Below are positions 10,672 through 19,960 of a DNA stretch of 64,000 nt, piece by piece (the first letter of the stretch is position 1; each line of letters begins with the position of its first letter). The DNA is from Nannocystales bacterium (lineage in GTDB: Bacteria > Myxococcota_A > Polyangia > Nannocystales > Nannocystaceae). Under the pieces are notes generated by a model, which did not search any database, was not told the origin of the DNA, and worked only from the letters and a program-made list of their open reading frames with translations. The translations under genes and the position numbers were made by a program. The stretch is from contig JBOEGF010000002.1 in the NCBI GenBank assembly GCA_050633305.1, positions 249,624-313,623 on the forward strand. Direction: 5' to 3'.

Positions 10672-13401
10672 GTGAGTACGACGCTCAAGTACGAGAAACG
10701 GGGGCTGTCGGTCCCGCTCAACAGAGCCTCGGTCATCGAGCTGCCTGCGCAGCTGTTTCGCGTGCGACTTCGCGGCGCGCTGTTCGATACGGACAAGGCG
10801 TTCTTGTTGCCCGGCGCGATGGCGGGGATCCGCGGGCTCGTGCACATCTACGGGAAGCATCCGAACATGTCGCTTGTCGTCACGGGGCACGCGGACCGCG
10901 TGGGAGCGGCCGACTACAACCTCGGACTCTCGGATGAGCGGGCCGCGGCGGTAGCGATGTACCTGCGCGACGACGTCGACGGATGGATGCGGTGGTATGC
11001 GTGGCGTCCGTATTCGAAGACTTGGGGGCTGCTCGAGGAGCAGCACATGTTGGGAGCGATTCCCGACCCTTCCCGCGGCCTCCCGTACTACTTGGGGCCC
11101 GCGCACGGACAGCTCGACCTGGCGACGCACGCCGCGCTGAAACGGTTTCAAGCCGCGCACAGCCTCTCGGAGACCGGGATGCCCAACACAGACACCCGCC
11201 GGGCGCTGATCGCCGACTACATGGGTCTTGATGCGACGAGCTTGCCCGCGGAGGCGGACGTCGGGTTGCTCGGCTGCGGGGAACACCACAACGAGATCGA
11301 AACGGCCGACCACGTCGATGAGCAGGCCAATCGCAGGGTGGAGGTGTTCTTGTTCGACGGCGGCGAGGTCGAGCCGCCCGTGCCCGATCGCTGCCCGGAC
11401 GCGGACTGTCCGTACCTGACCTGGCGCGACGAAATGGAGCACACGATCGACTTCGACACGAACCTCGGTGAGCTCGTCGTGGGCGTGGTTGAGGACGATG
11501 AACACGACGAACACGCTCCCGACGTGGTTCCCATCGCGGAGGCGCAGGTTCGACTCCTACGCGACGGCTTCCCGACGCGTCACCTCATCACGCCCCCCAG
11601 CGGTGTCGTGCGGTTTGGCGATATCGTCCCAGGCACCTACACACTCGCAACCCACAAACAAGACTTCGAGGAGAGCAACGAGGTCGTCGAAGTGGTCGAG
11701 GGCGGTTCGGCGCCGCCCGATCTGCACGACGACGTTCACGTGCAGGGCTTCGACGGCAGCGGAGATTCGAGCGGTTCCAAACTGTTCGAGGGCGTGGGCG
11801 GTGCCGCCCCGACGGGCGGCGGCAACAAGGCGCACAAGGTCGCCCTCAAGTCGCGCACGATCATCCACATCGTCGAAGAGCTGCCCAGCAACCTCGAAGC
11901 CGCAGGCAAGGAGGGGGTCGCGCGATCGGGTCGCAAAGCGTTCGAGCGCATGCGCGTGCTTGCGACGTGGGGAACGTCGCCAGCGGTGACCCACGAGTTC
12001 GTGGTCGATACCCAGGGCAAGACCGTGATCGCCAACACGAAGGTGCCCAAAAAGCTGGGCAAGCTCAGCGCCGTTCAGCATGAGGGGCCGCACCTCGCTC
12101 CACTCATCTATACGCTGCGCGACGCCAGCACGGACGCCATCGTCACGGCGCCGCCGATCAAGCGTGGCAAGACGACCGAGGTAAAAGTCTCCGCCCGCGG
12201 CCGGGTGTCGATCTGGGCGTTCGGCGCCCCGCTCATCAAGGCAATGTTCAAGAAGGTCAAAAAGGGGACCACGTTCGTCGCGGTGAAAAAGGTTGTGCTC
12301 GACCCCGACCAGCTCAACGCGATGAAGGACGCACGCCTCGATGACCTCACGCTCAACTACTGCATGGCTCCGCCGGCGAGCAACTGGGGCATCAACAACG
12401 GGTCGGACGTCAAGGACACGAAGGTCGCCTTCTCCGCGCGCTTGGGTCCAGGCGGCATTACGCAGAGCAGCCACACCCCAGCCCAGGAGGTTGCCGAGAA
12501 CGACCAGGTGCGTGACGACTACGTGCGCGAGGTCGTCAAAGAGCTTCACGCGCGCGGGATCCAGGTCATCCTCAGCTACACGGTCGGCACCGACGGCAAG
12601 CCGAAGCTCCCCAAGAACCCAACGCCCAAGCAGCTCGAAGCGTACAAGAAGGCGCTTGCAGCGTATCCGGTGACGGAGAAGTTCAACCAGGAATACGCGG
12701 ACTGGTTGTTCGCGATGACCGATCGACAGATCGAAGAACACGCCAAGGCAATCGACGATTTTCGGGAGCGCTACGACGCGGACGGTATCGGATTCAACCT
12801 CGAGTTCCACCAAATCAAAGAGAAGCACCGGCACAAGCTCCGGCATCTCGTTCGCACCACCGCCAAGTACGCGCAGCTGCGCAACGCCGTCGTCGCCTAT
12901 GCCACCGCGCCATTCACCGTGGACGGGGAGAGGACCGCTGGTGGTCCCCTCCACCACTCGCTCACGTCGCTGTCGATCCTCTCCTTCGAGCTCGCCAAGA
13001 CGGAGAAGAACCTCATCGCGCGTCCGATGTGCTTCGATGAGACCCCATTCAAGACGTCGCATATCGAGGCTTCGCTCGAGTACGCCCTCAAGCCCACCGC
13101 GCAGGGCGGCGCGGGCCTCGATAGCGCGCAGATCCAGTACGGGGTTTTCGGCAGTTTCAATCCTCGCGCAGGGTTTCCTGCGAGCGAGTATGGCCCAGCG
13201 CGCATCAAGAAGCTGTGCCAAGAAAAGCTCCGGCCAAACCGCCAGGGCATGATGGTGTACTCGCTACCGCAGAAAAGAGCTCCCGCGCTCGCGGAGCTGG
13301 CGCGAGTGGTCGGCTGGGAGGCAGAGCTCAACCCAGGCGAGGTCGGTCCTGGCACCAAAGGACAGCCAGTGCAGGTGCCTCGATGGATGGACGTGACATG
13401 A
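10672..13401 (+). CDS. OmpA-like + peptidoglycan-binding + GH18/GH85-like TIM barrel fusion protein
   Basis: FDTDKAFL, VTGHADRVG..YNLGLSDERA, NRRVEV (OmpA); ALKRFQAAHSLSETG (PG_binding_1); ELHARGIQVILS and DGIGFNLE (TIM-barrel GH). GTG start at 10672 inferred. Confidence 0.8.
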   Translation: MSTTLKYEKRGLSVPLNRASVIELPAQLFRVRLRGALFDTDKAFLLPGAMAGIRGLVHIYGKHPNMSLVVTGHADRVGAADYNLGLSDERAAAVAMYLRDDVDGWMRWYAWRPYSKTWGLLEEQHMLGAIPDPSRGLPYYLGPAHGQLDLATHAALKRFQAAHSLSETGMPNTDTRRALIADYMGLDATSLPAEADVGLLGCGEHHNEIETADHVDEQANRRVEVFLFDGGEVEPPVPDRCPDADCPYLTWRDEMEHTIDFDTNLGELVVGVVEDDEHDEHAPDVVPIAEAQVRLLRDGFPTRHLITPPSGVVRFGDIVPGTYTLATHKQDFEESNEVVEVVEGGSAPPDLHDDVHVQGFDGSGDSSGSKLFEGVGGAAPTGGGNKAHKVALKSRTIIHIVEELPSNLEAAGKEGVARSGRKAFERMRVLATWGTSPAVTHEFVVDTQGKTVIANTKVPKKLGKLSAVQHEGPHLAPLIYTLRDASTDAIVTAPPIKRGKTTEVKVSARGRVSIWAFGAPLIKAMFKKVKKGTTFVAVKKVVLDPDQLNAMKDARLDDLTLNYCMAPPASNWGINNGSDVKDTKVAFSARLGPGGITQSSHTPAQEVAENDQVRDDYVREVVKELHARGIQVILSYTVGTDGKPKLPKNPTPKQLEAYKKALAAYPVTEKFNQEYADWLFAMTDRQIEEHAKAIDDFRERYDADGIGFNLEFHQIKEKHRHKLRHLVRTTAKYAQLRNAVVAYATAPFTVDGERTAGGPLHHSLTSLSILSFELAKTEKNLIARPMCFDETPFKTSHIEASLEYALKPTAQGGAGLDSAQIQYGVFGSFNPRAGFPASEYGPARIKKLCQEKLRPNRQGMMVYSLPQKRAPALAELARVVGWEAELNPGEVGPGTKGQPVQVPRWMDVT

Positions 13402-13573
13402 ACTCCGGAACACGCGCCAAGCTGGCCGGATAGAGTCTCGTCCGTACCATGGGGCATGTCGGGCGGCGATCGGTCCAACACGCTCGCCACGCGATCGGGA
13501 GCGTCAGCCGACCCCGGAGCAGGCGAACTCGCAGGTCGCGGCCATCGCCTCGCGCGTGGCGACCCACGCCAGC

Positions 13574-13627
13574 CCGCCGAGAACCACCACGGTGAGCAGT
13601 ACCCCATCACGGCGACCTCGAACAGGA
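13574..13627. repeat. Direct repeat copy 1 (partner at 14734-14788)
   Basis: ccgccgag(a/c)accaccacggtgagcagtacccc, 31/32 identical, followed by shared ctcgaacagga. Confidence 0.85.
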
Positions 13628-13651
13628 CGAGGGTGGGCGCGCGTCGTGCGA

Positions 13652-14695
13652 TTAGAAGGGGATGTCGTCTTCCGACGGCAACGGCATCGGGCCTTGCGAA
13701 TGATTGTCCTGGTGCGGCGGCCCCGGAAGGTCCTCGCCGGGCGGTGAGTCGGGAAAGGAGAACTCGACCAGCGGTCGACCCTCGACGGCGTTGAGCGAGA
13801 GAACGGTCAACTGCGTTCGCTCGAGCAACGCGATGCGATCCACCGCGCGGTCAAAGGCGATAGCGCGGAAACCTGGTCGAACAACTGCAAGTGGCGCACA
13901 CTCGACGGCTAAAAAGTGCTCCAGCCGATTGGGCCCACGCACGTGCTCGTTGCCCACCGTCCAAAGACGACCGTCCTCATCGACGGCCAGTGCCTCCACG
14001 GAATCGGCGTCCCGTGCATCGATCGGGCCGAGGACGGGGAACGTCTTGTTCTCAGTGAGTGCCCATGGAATCTCGAGCGGGCGTACGTCGCGGGTCTTGC
14101 CAGTCCGCAGTTCGACCGGAATTCCGGCAAGGGACGCGTTGTGCCCAGCAGGATCCATCACCGGCATCCACGTGCGGTCGGAGAACGCAGCATCGAACAG
14201 GAAGCCTTCGAACGGGTCGTACAACCAGGAGTCCTCCGGCTCACCGTGCTCCGTGTGGTGAGGCAGACACAGACCGCAGGAACGCGGCCACATGCCAACA
14301 TGCCATTCACGACTTCGGGTATCGAAGAGCCAAGCGTCCCGCACGACCTTAACCTCAGCACCGTCGTTCTCGGCCACAAGCCTCCCGCTCAAATAGCCAC
14401 CGTCATCCGAACGGAAATCAAGCCACTGACCTCGCGCTGAGAAGAGGCTGATACGAGCCATGTCGCATCGCACTTGCGTGCCGGCTCCTGAGCCGCCGTC
14501 GATGTGCCAAAGGCTGGCGCCGCGATGGACCCAGACGTCATCCCCGACGAACGCCACCCCGTACAGCACGCTTTCGACGCCGCCAGGCTCTACGCTTGGC
14601 CGCGGCGCCTCAACTCTGATCTCGGCGATCGGTGGGACGTGCTCAATCGTCACGAAGTGGAGGATGGCACGAACGGTCGCGTCGAGAGTCTGCAC
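13652..14695 (-). CDS. Hypothetical beta-rich protein ending in SSB-like EDDIPF
   Basis: Long ORF between the direct repeats; C-terminus PLPSEDDIPF*; start uncertain. Confidence 0.55.
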   Translation of the reverse strand: MQTLDATVRAILHFVTIEHVPPIAEIRVEAPRPSVEPGGVESVLYGVAFVGDDVWVHRGASLWHIDGGSGAGTQVRCDMARISLFSARGQWLDFRSDDGGYLSGRLVAENDGAEVKVVRDAWLFDTRSREWHVGMWPRSCGLCLPHHTEHGEPEDSWLYDPFEGFLFDAAFSDRTWMPVMDPAGHNASLAGIPVELRTGKTRDVRPLEIPWALTENKTFPVLGPIDARDADSVEALAVDEDGRLWTVGNEHVRGPNRLEHFLAVECAPLAVVRPGFRAIAFDRAVDRIALLERTQLTVLSLNAVEGRPLVEFSFPDSPPGEDLPGPPHQDNHSQGPMPLPSEDDIPF

Positions 14696-14733
14696 TCGTG
14701 ACGCTCCACGCGAACACCGCCAGCGACATCGGT

Positions 14734-14788
14734 CCGCCGAGCACCACCACGGTGAGCAGTACCCCGATCGCCGCAAACTCGAACAGGA
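14734..14788. repeat. Direct repeat copy 2 (partner at 13574-13627)
   Basis: See copy 1; the minus strand reads FLFEFAAIGVLLTVVVLGG. Confidence 0.85.
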
Positions 14789-14944
14789 AGGCTGTCGTAG
14801 GACACGGTCAGGAATCCGAGGACTTTTTTTTTTCGATCGACATGAACCGAAACGGCTCTCGCTTCACTCCCCATCCAAGCAAGCGAAACGCACCCATCGC
14901 GCTGCTCGCTCGACGTCGTAGCGCGCATCCACAGGTCAACCGTC

Positions 14945-16132
14945 ATGTACGATCAAATCCCCCCGAAAACCCCCTCCTTCTCATCCACCAAACACGCTGC
15001 TCCTTGGTCCGCGATTTCCCTCGCCCTGTGCGGACTCATGCTCACCGCGACCGGCTGTGACTCGGAGCTCCAACAGGCGCAACCTGGTCAACACGACGAG
15101 GTCATCGGCGAATGGGAGGGCATCATCATTCCGGCGCTTGCGGCCGCGGACATGGGCCTGCAACTCGACGAGAGCTCAACCGTGCCCGGGTACCACCGTT
15201 CTCAGGTCAGAGTCGTCATCGAGGCGGCGGACCATCCCGATGGCACCCGGGAAGAGGCGCTCTTCACCGTCGTCGACGAGACCGACCAGCAGGAGGGGAA
15301 CGCGGCCGAGATTTTCATCTGGGACGACACGATTCAAGCGGTCCTCGGGGAAACCAAAGACGGGAAACAGCGCCTCGAGCTGACGCAGAACGACTTCCCA
15401 AGCGACGCCGCGATGTACGCCGAGGTCACGACGCACACCTGCGCTGCGGCCAAGGTCGAGGAGGCTCTGCCCAGCAGCAGTCAGAACAAGGCCGAGTCAG
15501 GGTTTGGCGAATGCCTCGACGGCGCGTGGCCGGACATCATGAATCTTCCCGAGAACTACGTGTTCCTGGCGCCACACGGCGGCGAGGTCGAGCCCGGCAC
15601 GGACGAGCAGGCAATTGCTGCACACGGTGTGCTGAGCCAAAGCTCGTACGCCTGGTACAGCCTGGGATGGAGGAAGGCGAAGGGCGCCTATGACCACTGG
15701 CACATCACGAGCACCGACATCAGTCGCTACAGCTTCCCGGAGCTCGACAAGATCGGTCCGAAGGCAAACAACCTCTTCAACGGCTTCACCTGGGCCGTCG
15801 CGTTCCACGGCATGAGTGCCAAGGCCAAGGACTATACAATCTACGTTGGCGGTACACCGGACACAGAGTGCGCACGCATCCACGTTCGAGACGCCCTTGC
15901 CAATCTCATGGCTGGAGAAGGTGTGAACAACGTCGAGGTCGAGATCACGGAGGACGTCAACACGCCGCTCAAAGGCGCGAGCGCCCGCAACATCGTCAAC
16001 TGGATGTCCTTGAACGGCCAGCGTGGGATTCAGCTGGAGCAGACGAAAGACGTGCGCGATGACTACGGGACCGCGGTCGCCACGACGGTCGCCGCAATGC
16101 TTCCCACGCTCGACGCTGTCAGCTGCCCCTAG
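14945..16132 (+). CDS. Lipoprotein with poly-gamma-glutamate hydrolase (PghP/DUF867-like) domain
   Basis: Lipobox LTATGC; APHGGEVEPGT, HITST, AFHG, NIVN, GIQLE motifs. Confidence 0.8.
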   Translation: MYDQIPPKTPSFSSTKHAAPWSAISLALCGLMLTATGCDSELQQAQPGQHDEVIGEWEGIIIPALAAADMGLQLDESSTVPGYHRSQVRVVIEAADHPDGTREEALFTVVDETDQQEGNAAEIFIWDDTIQAVLGETKDGKQRLELTQNDFPSDAAMYAEVTTHTCAAAKVEEALPSSSQNKAESGFGECLDGAWPDIMNLPENYVFLAPHGGEVEPGTDEQAIAAHGVLSQSSYAWYSLGWRKAKGAYDHWHITSTDISRYSFPELDKIGPKANNLFNGFTWAVAFHGMSAKAKDYTIYVGGTPDTECARIHVRDALANLMAGEGVNNVEVEITEDVNTPLKGASARNIVNWMSLNGQRGIQLEQTKDVRDDYGTAVATTVAAMLPTLDAVSCP

Positions 16133-16209
16133 TGGCTCGAGCCCAGCGCTGCCCCGCGCCCTCGACTCCACCGTCCTCCCGTCCGGTCTCAGAAACAACT
16201 TGCCGATCA

Positions 16210-16237
16210 ACTACCGGGGTAGTACTAATCGGGTAGT
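16210..16237. promoter_or_regulatory. Tandem BlaI/CopY-type operator palindromes
   Basis: ACTAC-CGGG-GTAGT (16210-16223) directly followed by ACTAA-TCGG-GTAGT (16224-16237), 1 nt before the repressor ATG. Confidence 0.75.
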
Positions 16238-16238
16238 T

Positions 16239-16646
16239 ATGAGCACGGAGCACCTGGGAAAGCTGCAGCTCGCGATCATGCGGGTGCTGTGGGCGTCGGA
16301 AGAGCGGACCGTGGCCGAGGTCCATCAGACGCTGGAGCCGACCCATGGTCTCGCGCCCACCACCATCGCGACGATGCTTAAGAAGATGGAGGACAAGGGC
16401 GTGGTCTCGCACCGCACCGAGGGCCGACGCTTCATCTATCGACCTGCCGTCAGCGAAGACGCGGTCATGCGCTCGATGGTGGGCGACCTCAAAGAGCGGC
16501 TCTTCGGAGGCAGCGTCTCGGCGCTGGTCAGCCACCTGCTGCAAGCCCACGAGGTCGAAGGCGACGAGCTCGATGAGCTTCGTGCCCAGATCGATCGCGC
16601 CCAGCAAGCTACGGACGACTCCGCGAAGAAGGGAGACGAACGATGA
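16239..16646 (+). CDS. BlaI/MecI/CopY family transcriptional repressor
   Basis: LQLAIMRVLW..TVAEV..LAPTTIATMLKKMEDKGVV..GRRFIYRP..FGGSVSALVSHL. Confidence 0.93.
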   Translation: MSTEHLGKLQLAIMRVLWASEERTVAEVHQTLEPTHGLAPTTIATMLKKMEDKGVVSHRTEGRRFIYRPAVSEDAVMRSMVGDLKERLFGGSVSALVSHLLQAHEVEGDELDELRAQIDRAQQATDDSAKKGDER

Positions 16647-18580
16647 GCACGGTGTTGGCCTGGGTCGCGACGTACTTGCTGCACAGCACCATCCTGATCT
16701 TGAGCGCGTGGCTGCTCGAGAGGCGCTGGCGTGACCGTCCCGAGCGCATGTCTGCCGTTTGGAAGGTCGCCCTCTTCGGTGGCGTAGCCACGGCGTCCTT
16801 GCAGATGCTGCTCTCGATTTCCCCGATCGCGGGCGTCTGGAATGTTTCCCAAGCTGTGTCGGTGCCCTCCGACCCGGTTCTCGCAGCGGGCGTGGCGGTG
16901 GATGCCGCGCCCGCGCGCGAGCCCGTCCTCGCGTCACAGACGGTCATCCGGCGGCCGTCCGTGTCAGCCCGCACCGTTGTCGTCCGCGTGAAGCGCGGAG
17001 AAGACCGTACGGAAGCAGCGCTTACTTCCGCGCCCGCGGCTTCGGTGCCCCCCATCGATCCCGGCACGACGTCTCTGCTCCACCAGATGGCTCCTTGGCT
17101 CGTCGGTGGCGTCACACTGGGCGCGATGATCGGATTGTTCTCGGTCATTGGAGCGCTCGTGGTCCTGCGCCAACGCCTCGCGGGTCGGCAACGCCTTCGC
17201 GACGGGTCGCTGGTCGCTCAGCTCGACCGTCTCAGGCGCTCCGCCGGTCTGCGGCGTCCCGTGGAACTTGCCGTCGTCAACAAGGTGCGCACCCCGATGG
17301 CTGTCGGCGTCTGGAGGGCACAGATCGTCCTTCCACCGGAGGCCGCCGAAGCCCTGTCCTCCGAACAGCAAGAGGGACTCCTCGCCCACGAGCTCGCCCA
17401 CGTCGTTCGGCACGATCCTCTATGGCGCATCGTGGGCCTCATGTTCGAGCGGGTGCTGTTCTTTCAGCCGCTCAACCGGCTCGCGTCCGCCCGCATCTCG
17501 ACCTACGCGGAGTACCTGTGCGACGACTGGGCAGCCAAGCACACGCAAGCACCGCTGGACCTGGCGCGATGCCTCACCGAGGTCGCCCGCTGGGTGGCGC
17601 AGCCTTCGGTGGTCGCCGCGACGATGGTCGGACCTCGGTCGATCTTGGGGAGCCGCGTACAGCGACTGATTCGCCCATCGACCGACGCCACGCGCCCAGC
17701 GTGGCTGGCTGTGCCACTCGCCGGTCTGCTGTTCACCATGCTCCTCGTCGCGCCAAGCGTCTCGGCACAGCGGGTGGATGCCGAAGAAGAATCTGCCGAC
17801 GGAGAGAACGCCAACGGAGAGGACCCCGACGCCTCGTCCGGGGCGAAGGCTGCGCGCCGAGACCGTCCCTCAGCGGTCGCCGCCGCTCCGGACAAGAAGC
17901 GCCGTCGCACGAAGCGGAGCTCGAAGCGCCGGGCAGAGCCCAAGGCTCAGCGAAAGGCCAAGGCCAAGGTCCGCAAGACCCATCACAAGAAGCCGCAGGC
18001 CTACCGCGTCCGCAACGATGGCTCAGTCGAAGCCATCGAAGGCGCCGAGGCCGTCGAGTTGGAGCGTGAGCTGGCGAAGGTCCACAGAGACCTGGAGACC
18101 CTCAAAGACGTCGAGCGCCGCATCGAACGAGAGCTCTCGGACCCCCTGGAGGAACTCGAGGTTCTCGAAGTTCTCGAGGGCCTGGGGGAACTCCAGGAGT
18201 TCGACGGTCTCGAGGACCTCATTGCGCAGAGCGACGAACTGATCGCGCTCGGGGACGCTGAAATGGCGCGGAGCCTCCGGGCACTCCAGGCTCTGGGCGA
18301 AGTGGCGGACCATCGGCACTTCGAATCTCTAGAAGACCTCGAAGACCTCGAAGACCTCGAAGACCTCGAAGACCTCGAAGACCTGGCCATGGGGATCGAG
18401 CCCGCCCTGCGGGTCATCGAATCGCTCGAGATCGAGGGCGCACAAATCAACATCGAAGTGAACGGCGACGACATCACCGTCGAGATCATCGATGAGCGGA
18501 GCAAGCGTCACAAAGCACGCAGCCGCAAGAGGCGGCGCAAGCACGACCGCAAACGACAACGCAGCACTCGCAAACGCTAG
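16643..18580 (+). CDS. M56 family (BlaR1-like) metallopeptidase with charged C-terminal extension
   Basis: ATGA overlap with the repressor; TM helices; LAHELAHV..D, FFQPL, EYLCD; no penicillin-binding domain. Confidence 0.9.
   Translation: MSTVLAWVATYLLHSTILILSAWLLERRWRDRPERMSAVWKVALFGGVATASLQMLLSISPIAGVWNVSQAVSVPSDPVLAAGVAVDAAPAREPVLASQTVIRRPSVSARTVVVRVKRGEDRTEAALTSAPAASVPPIDPGTTSLLHQMAPWLVGGVTLGAMIGLFSVIGALVVLRQRLAGRQRLRDGSLVAQLDRLRRSAGLRRPVELAVVNKVRTPMAVGVWRAQIVLPPEAAEALSSEQQEGLLAHELAHVVRHDPLWRIVGLMFERVLFFQPLNRLASARISTYAEYLCDDWAAKHTQAPLDLARCLTEVARWVAQPSVVAATMVGPRSILGSRVQRLIRPSTDATRPAWLAVPLAGLLFTMLLVAPSVSAQRVDAEEESADGENANGEDPDASSGAKAARRDRPSAVAAAPDKKRRRTKRSSKRRAEPKAQRKAKAKVRKTHHKKPQAYRVRNDGSVEAIEGAEAVELERELAKVHRDLETLKDVERRIERELSDPLEELEVLEVLEGLGELQEFDGLEDLIAQSDELIALGDAEMARSLRALQALGEVADHRHFESLEDLEDLEDLEDLEDLEDLAMGIEPALRVIESLEIEGAQINIEVNGDDITVEIIDERSKRHKARSRKRRRKHDRKRQRSTRKR
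18332..18385 (+). repeat. 9-bp tandem repeat (GAAGACCTC)x6 encoding (EDL)6
   Basis: Five perfect units plus one ending in CTG. Confidence 0.95.
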
Positions 18581-18883
18581 CAGGGTGAGGAAAAAGTCGC
18601 GCGTATGCAGAACGGTGTCATCGCCATGCAGAGCAAGGCGCGAAGAGGGAGCTGGTTGGACACCTGTGACCGATGAGAAACGCAGCTATGCATGACGAGG
18701 GCGCCGTTATGCACTGCGTGGGACTTTTCCTCACCCTGCTAGTGCCGAAGGACAGGACTCGTCGTCCGAAACCGGGTTGCGCTCCGCCCGCGAGAAGACT
18801 CCGTCGAGACGAGTCGCGGTCGGCGAAACACAAAGGGTGGTGGGAGCTGCTTGGTGTCGTCCAAGCGGATGATCGGAGGCGCT

Positions 18884-18928
18884 CAGCGTGGGACTCAGCT
18901 GGAGCAGACGAAGGACGTGCGTGATGAC
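18884..18928 (+). pseudogene. Duplicated 45-bp fragment of the PGA-hydrolase 3' region (16019-16063)
   Basis: 42/45 identity; encodes QRG(T/I)QLEQTKDVRDD. Confidence 0.8.
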
Positions 18929-18970
18929 GACCCGACCGCCGCATGTCGCGTCGGGACACTGCGCGTAGGC

Positions 18971-19960
18971 TCACCCGCCGACGACCTCGACGATCCGCTC
19001 CGCGGCCGCCTCGAAGTACGGGGCGTAGTCTTCGACGCAGATCGGGGCACGGACCGCGTGGTCGCCGAAGCCCGACGCGAACAGCCAGAAGCGTGCGCCG
19101 TCCTCGTTCGCCAGCGCGTTGCCGTCGCATTCCAGCCCAGGCGGATCCACGAGCGTCACGACGAACACGCGGTCTGCACTCCCGCGCGCGCTCTGGATTC
19201 GGTCGGACCACGACTGTGGACTCCCCGTCGCAGGGTCTTCGTCCCCGTCGGCGAGCAACACCAGCACCAGCACGGCGTCATCCCGAAGGAACCCTTCGTT
19301 GCATGCCCCCGCCTCGGACAACTCGCCCTCCACGACCTGTAGCGCCGTCTCCGCGACCCGGGGCACAGCATCCCCGAACACGCCTACCCGCCCCACACAC
19401 CCGAACACCGCTTCGAGGTCGTCCCCATCCGTCATGTAGTTGAATCCCGAATCGAACGGACCACAGTCCCCAAAGGCAGTGCTCCGGACCAGGCCGGGTA
19501 GCGTCTCGCACCCAGTTCCGGACGATTCGTTGAAGCCGTAGGCGTCCCCGGTGCTGACGCCGACGTGCAACGAAGCGCGCAGTGGCTCCGCGCGCAATGC
19601 CTCCAAGAACGGCGGTGCAGCATCGATGAGCCGCTGATGTGCATCGGAGAGCTGGAAGTCGCTGATGTCGTCCTCCACCGAGTTGTCGATGACGAACAGT
19701 ACATCCACCGTAGGCCCATCCTCGACAGGAGCACCGCTCGAGCTTCCGCTCCCCGTTTCGGAGCCCCGCGTCGTCTCCGAGGCCCCAGCGTGTCCATCCG
19801 CGGACGTCGAGGCGGACGTCGACGCGACAGGATCCACTCCCGAGGCGAAGGGGGTGTCGTCATCGTTCGACACCCCTTCGACGGTGCAGGCCTGCATCGC
19901 CGCCACAAATACAGAGAGAAGCGGGGTCCGTTTCGCATTTGATTTCATTGCGTCCCTCAT
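18971..19960 (-). CDS. vWA-like myxobacterial lipoprotein (paralog 3, degenerate MIDAS)
   Basis: MQAC lipobox-like; DVLFVIDNSVE; CNEGFLRDDAVLVLVLLAD. Confidence 0.85.
   Translation of the reverse strand: MRDAMKSNAKRTPLLSVFVAAMQACTVEGVSNDDDTPFASGVDPVASTSASTSADGHAGASETTRGSETGSGSSSGAPVEDGPTVDVLFVIDNSVEDDISDFQLSDAHQRLIDAAPPFLEALRAEPLRASLHVGVSTGDAYGFNESSGTGCETLPGLVRSTAFGDCGPFDSGFNYMTDGDDLEAVFGCVGRVGVFGDAVPRVAETALQVVEGELSEAGACNEGFLRDDAVLVLVLLADGDEDPATGSPQSWSDRIQSARGSADRVFVVTLVDPPGLECDGNALANEDGARFWLFASGFGDHAVRAPICVEDYAPYFEAAAERIVEVVGG

Noticed and set aside
14824..14833. T10 run as an intrinsic terminator
   Set aside because: No convincing adjacent GC stem.
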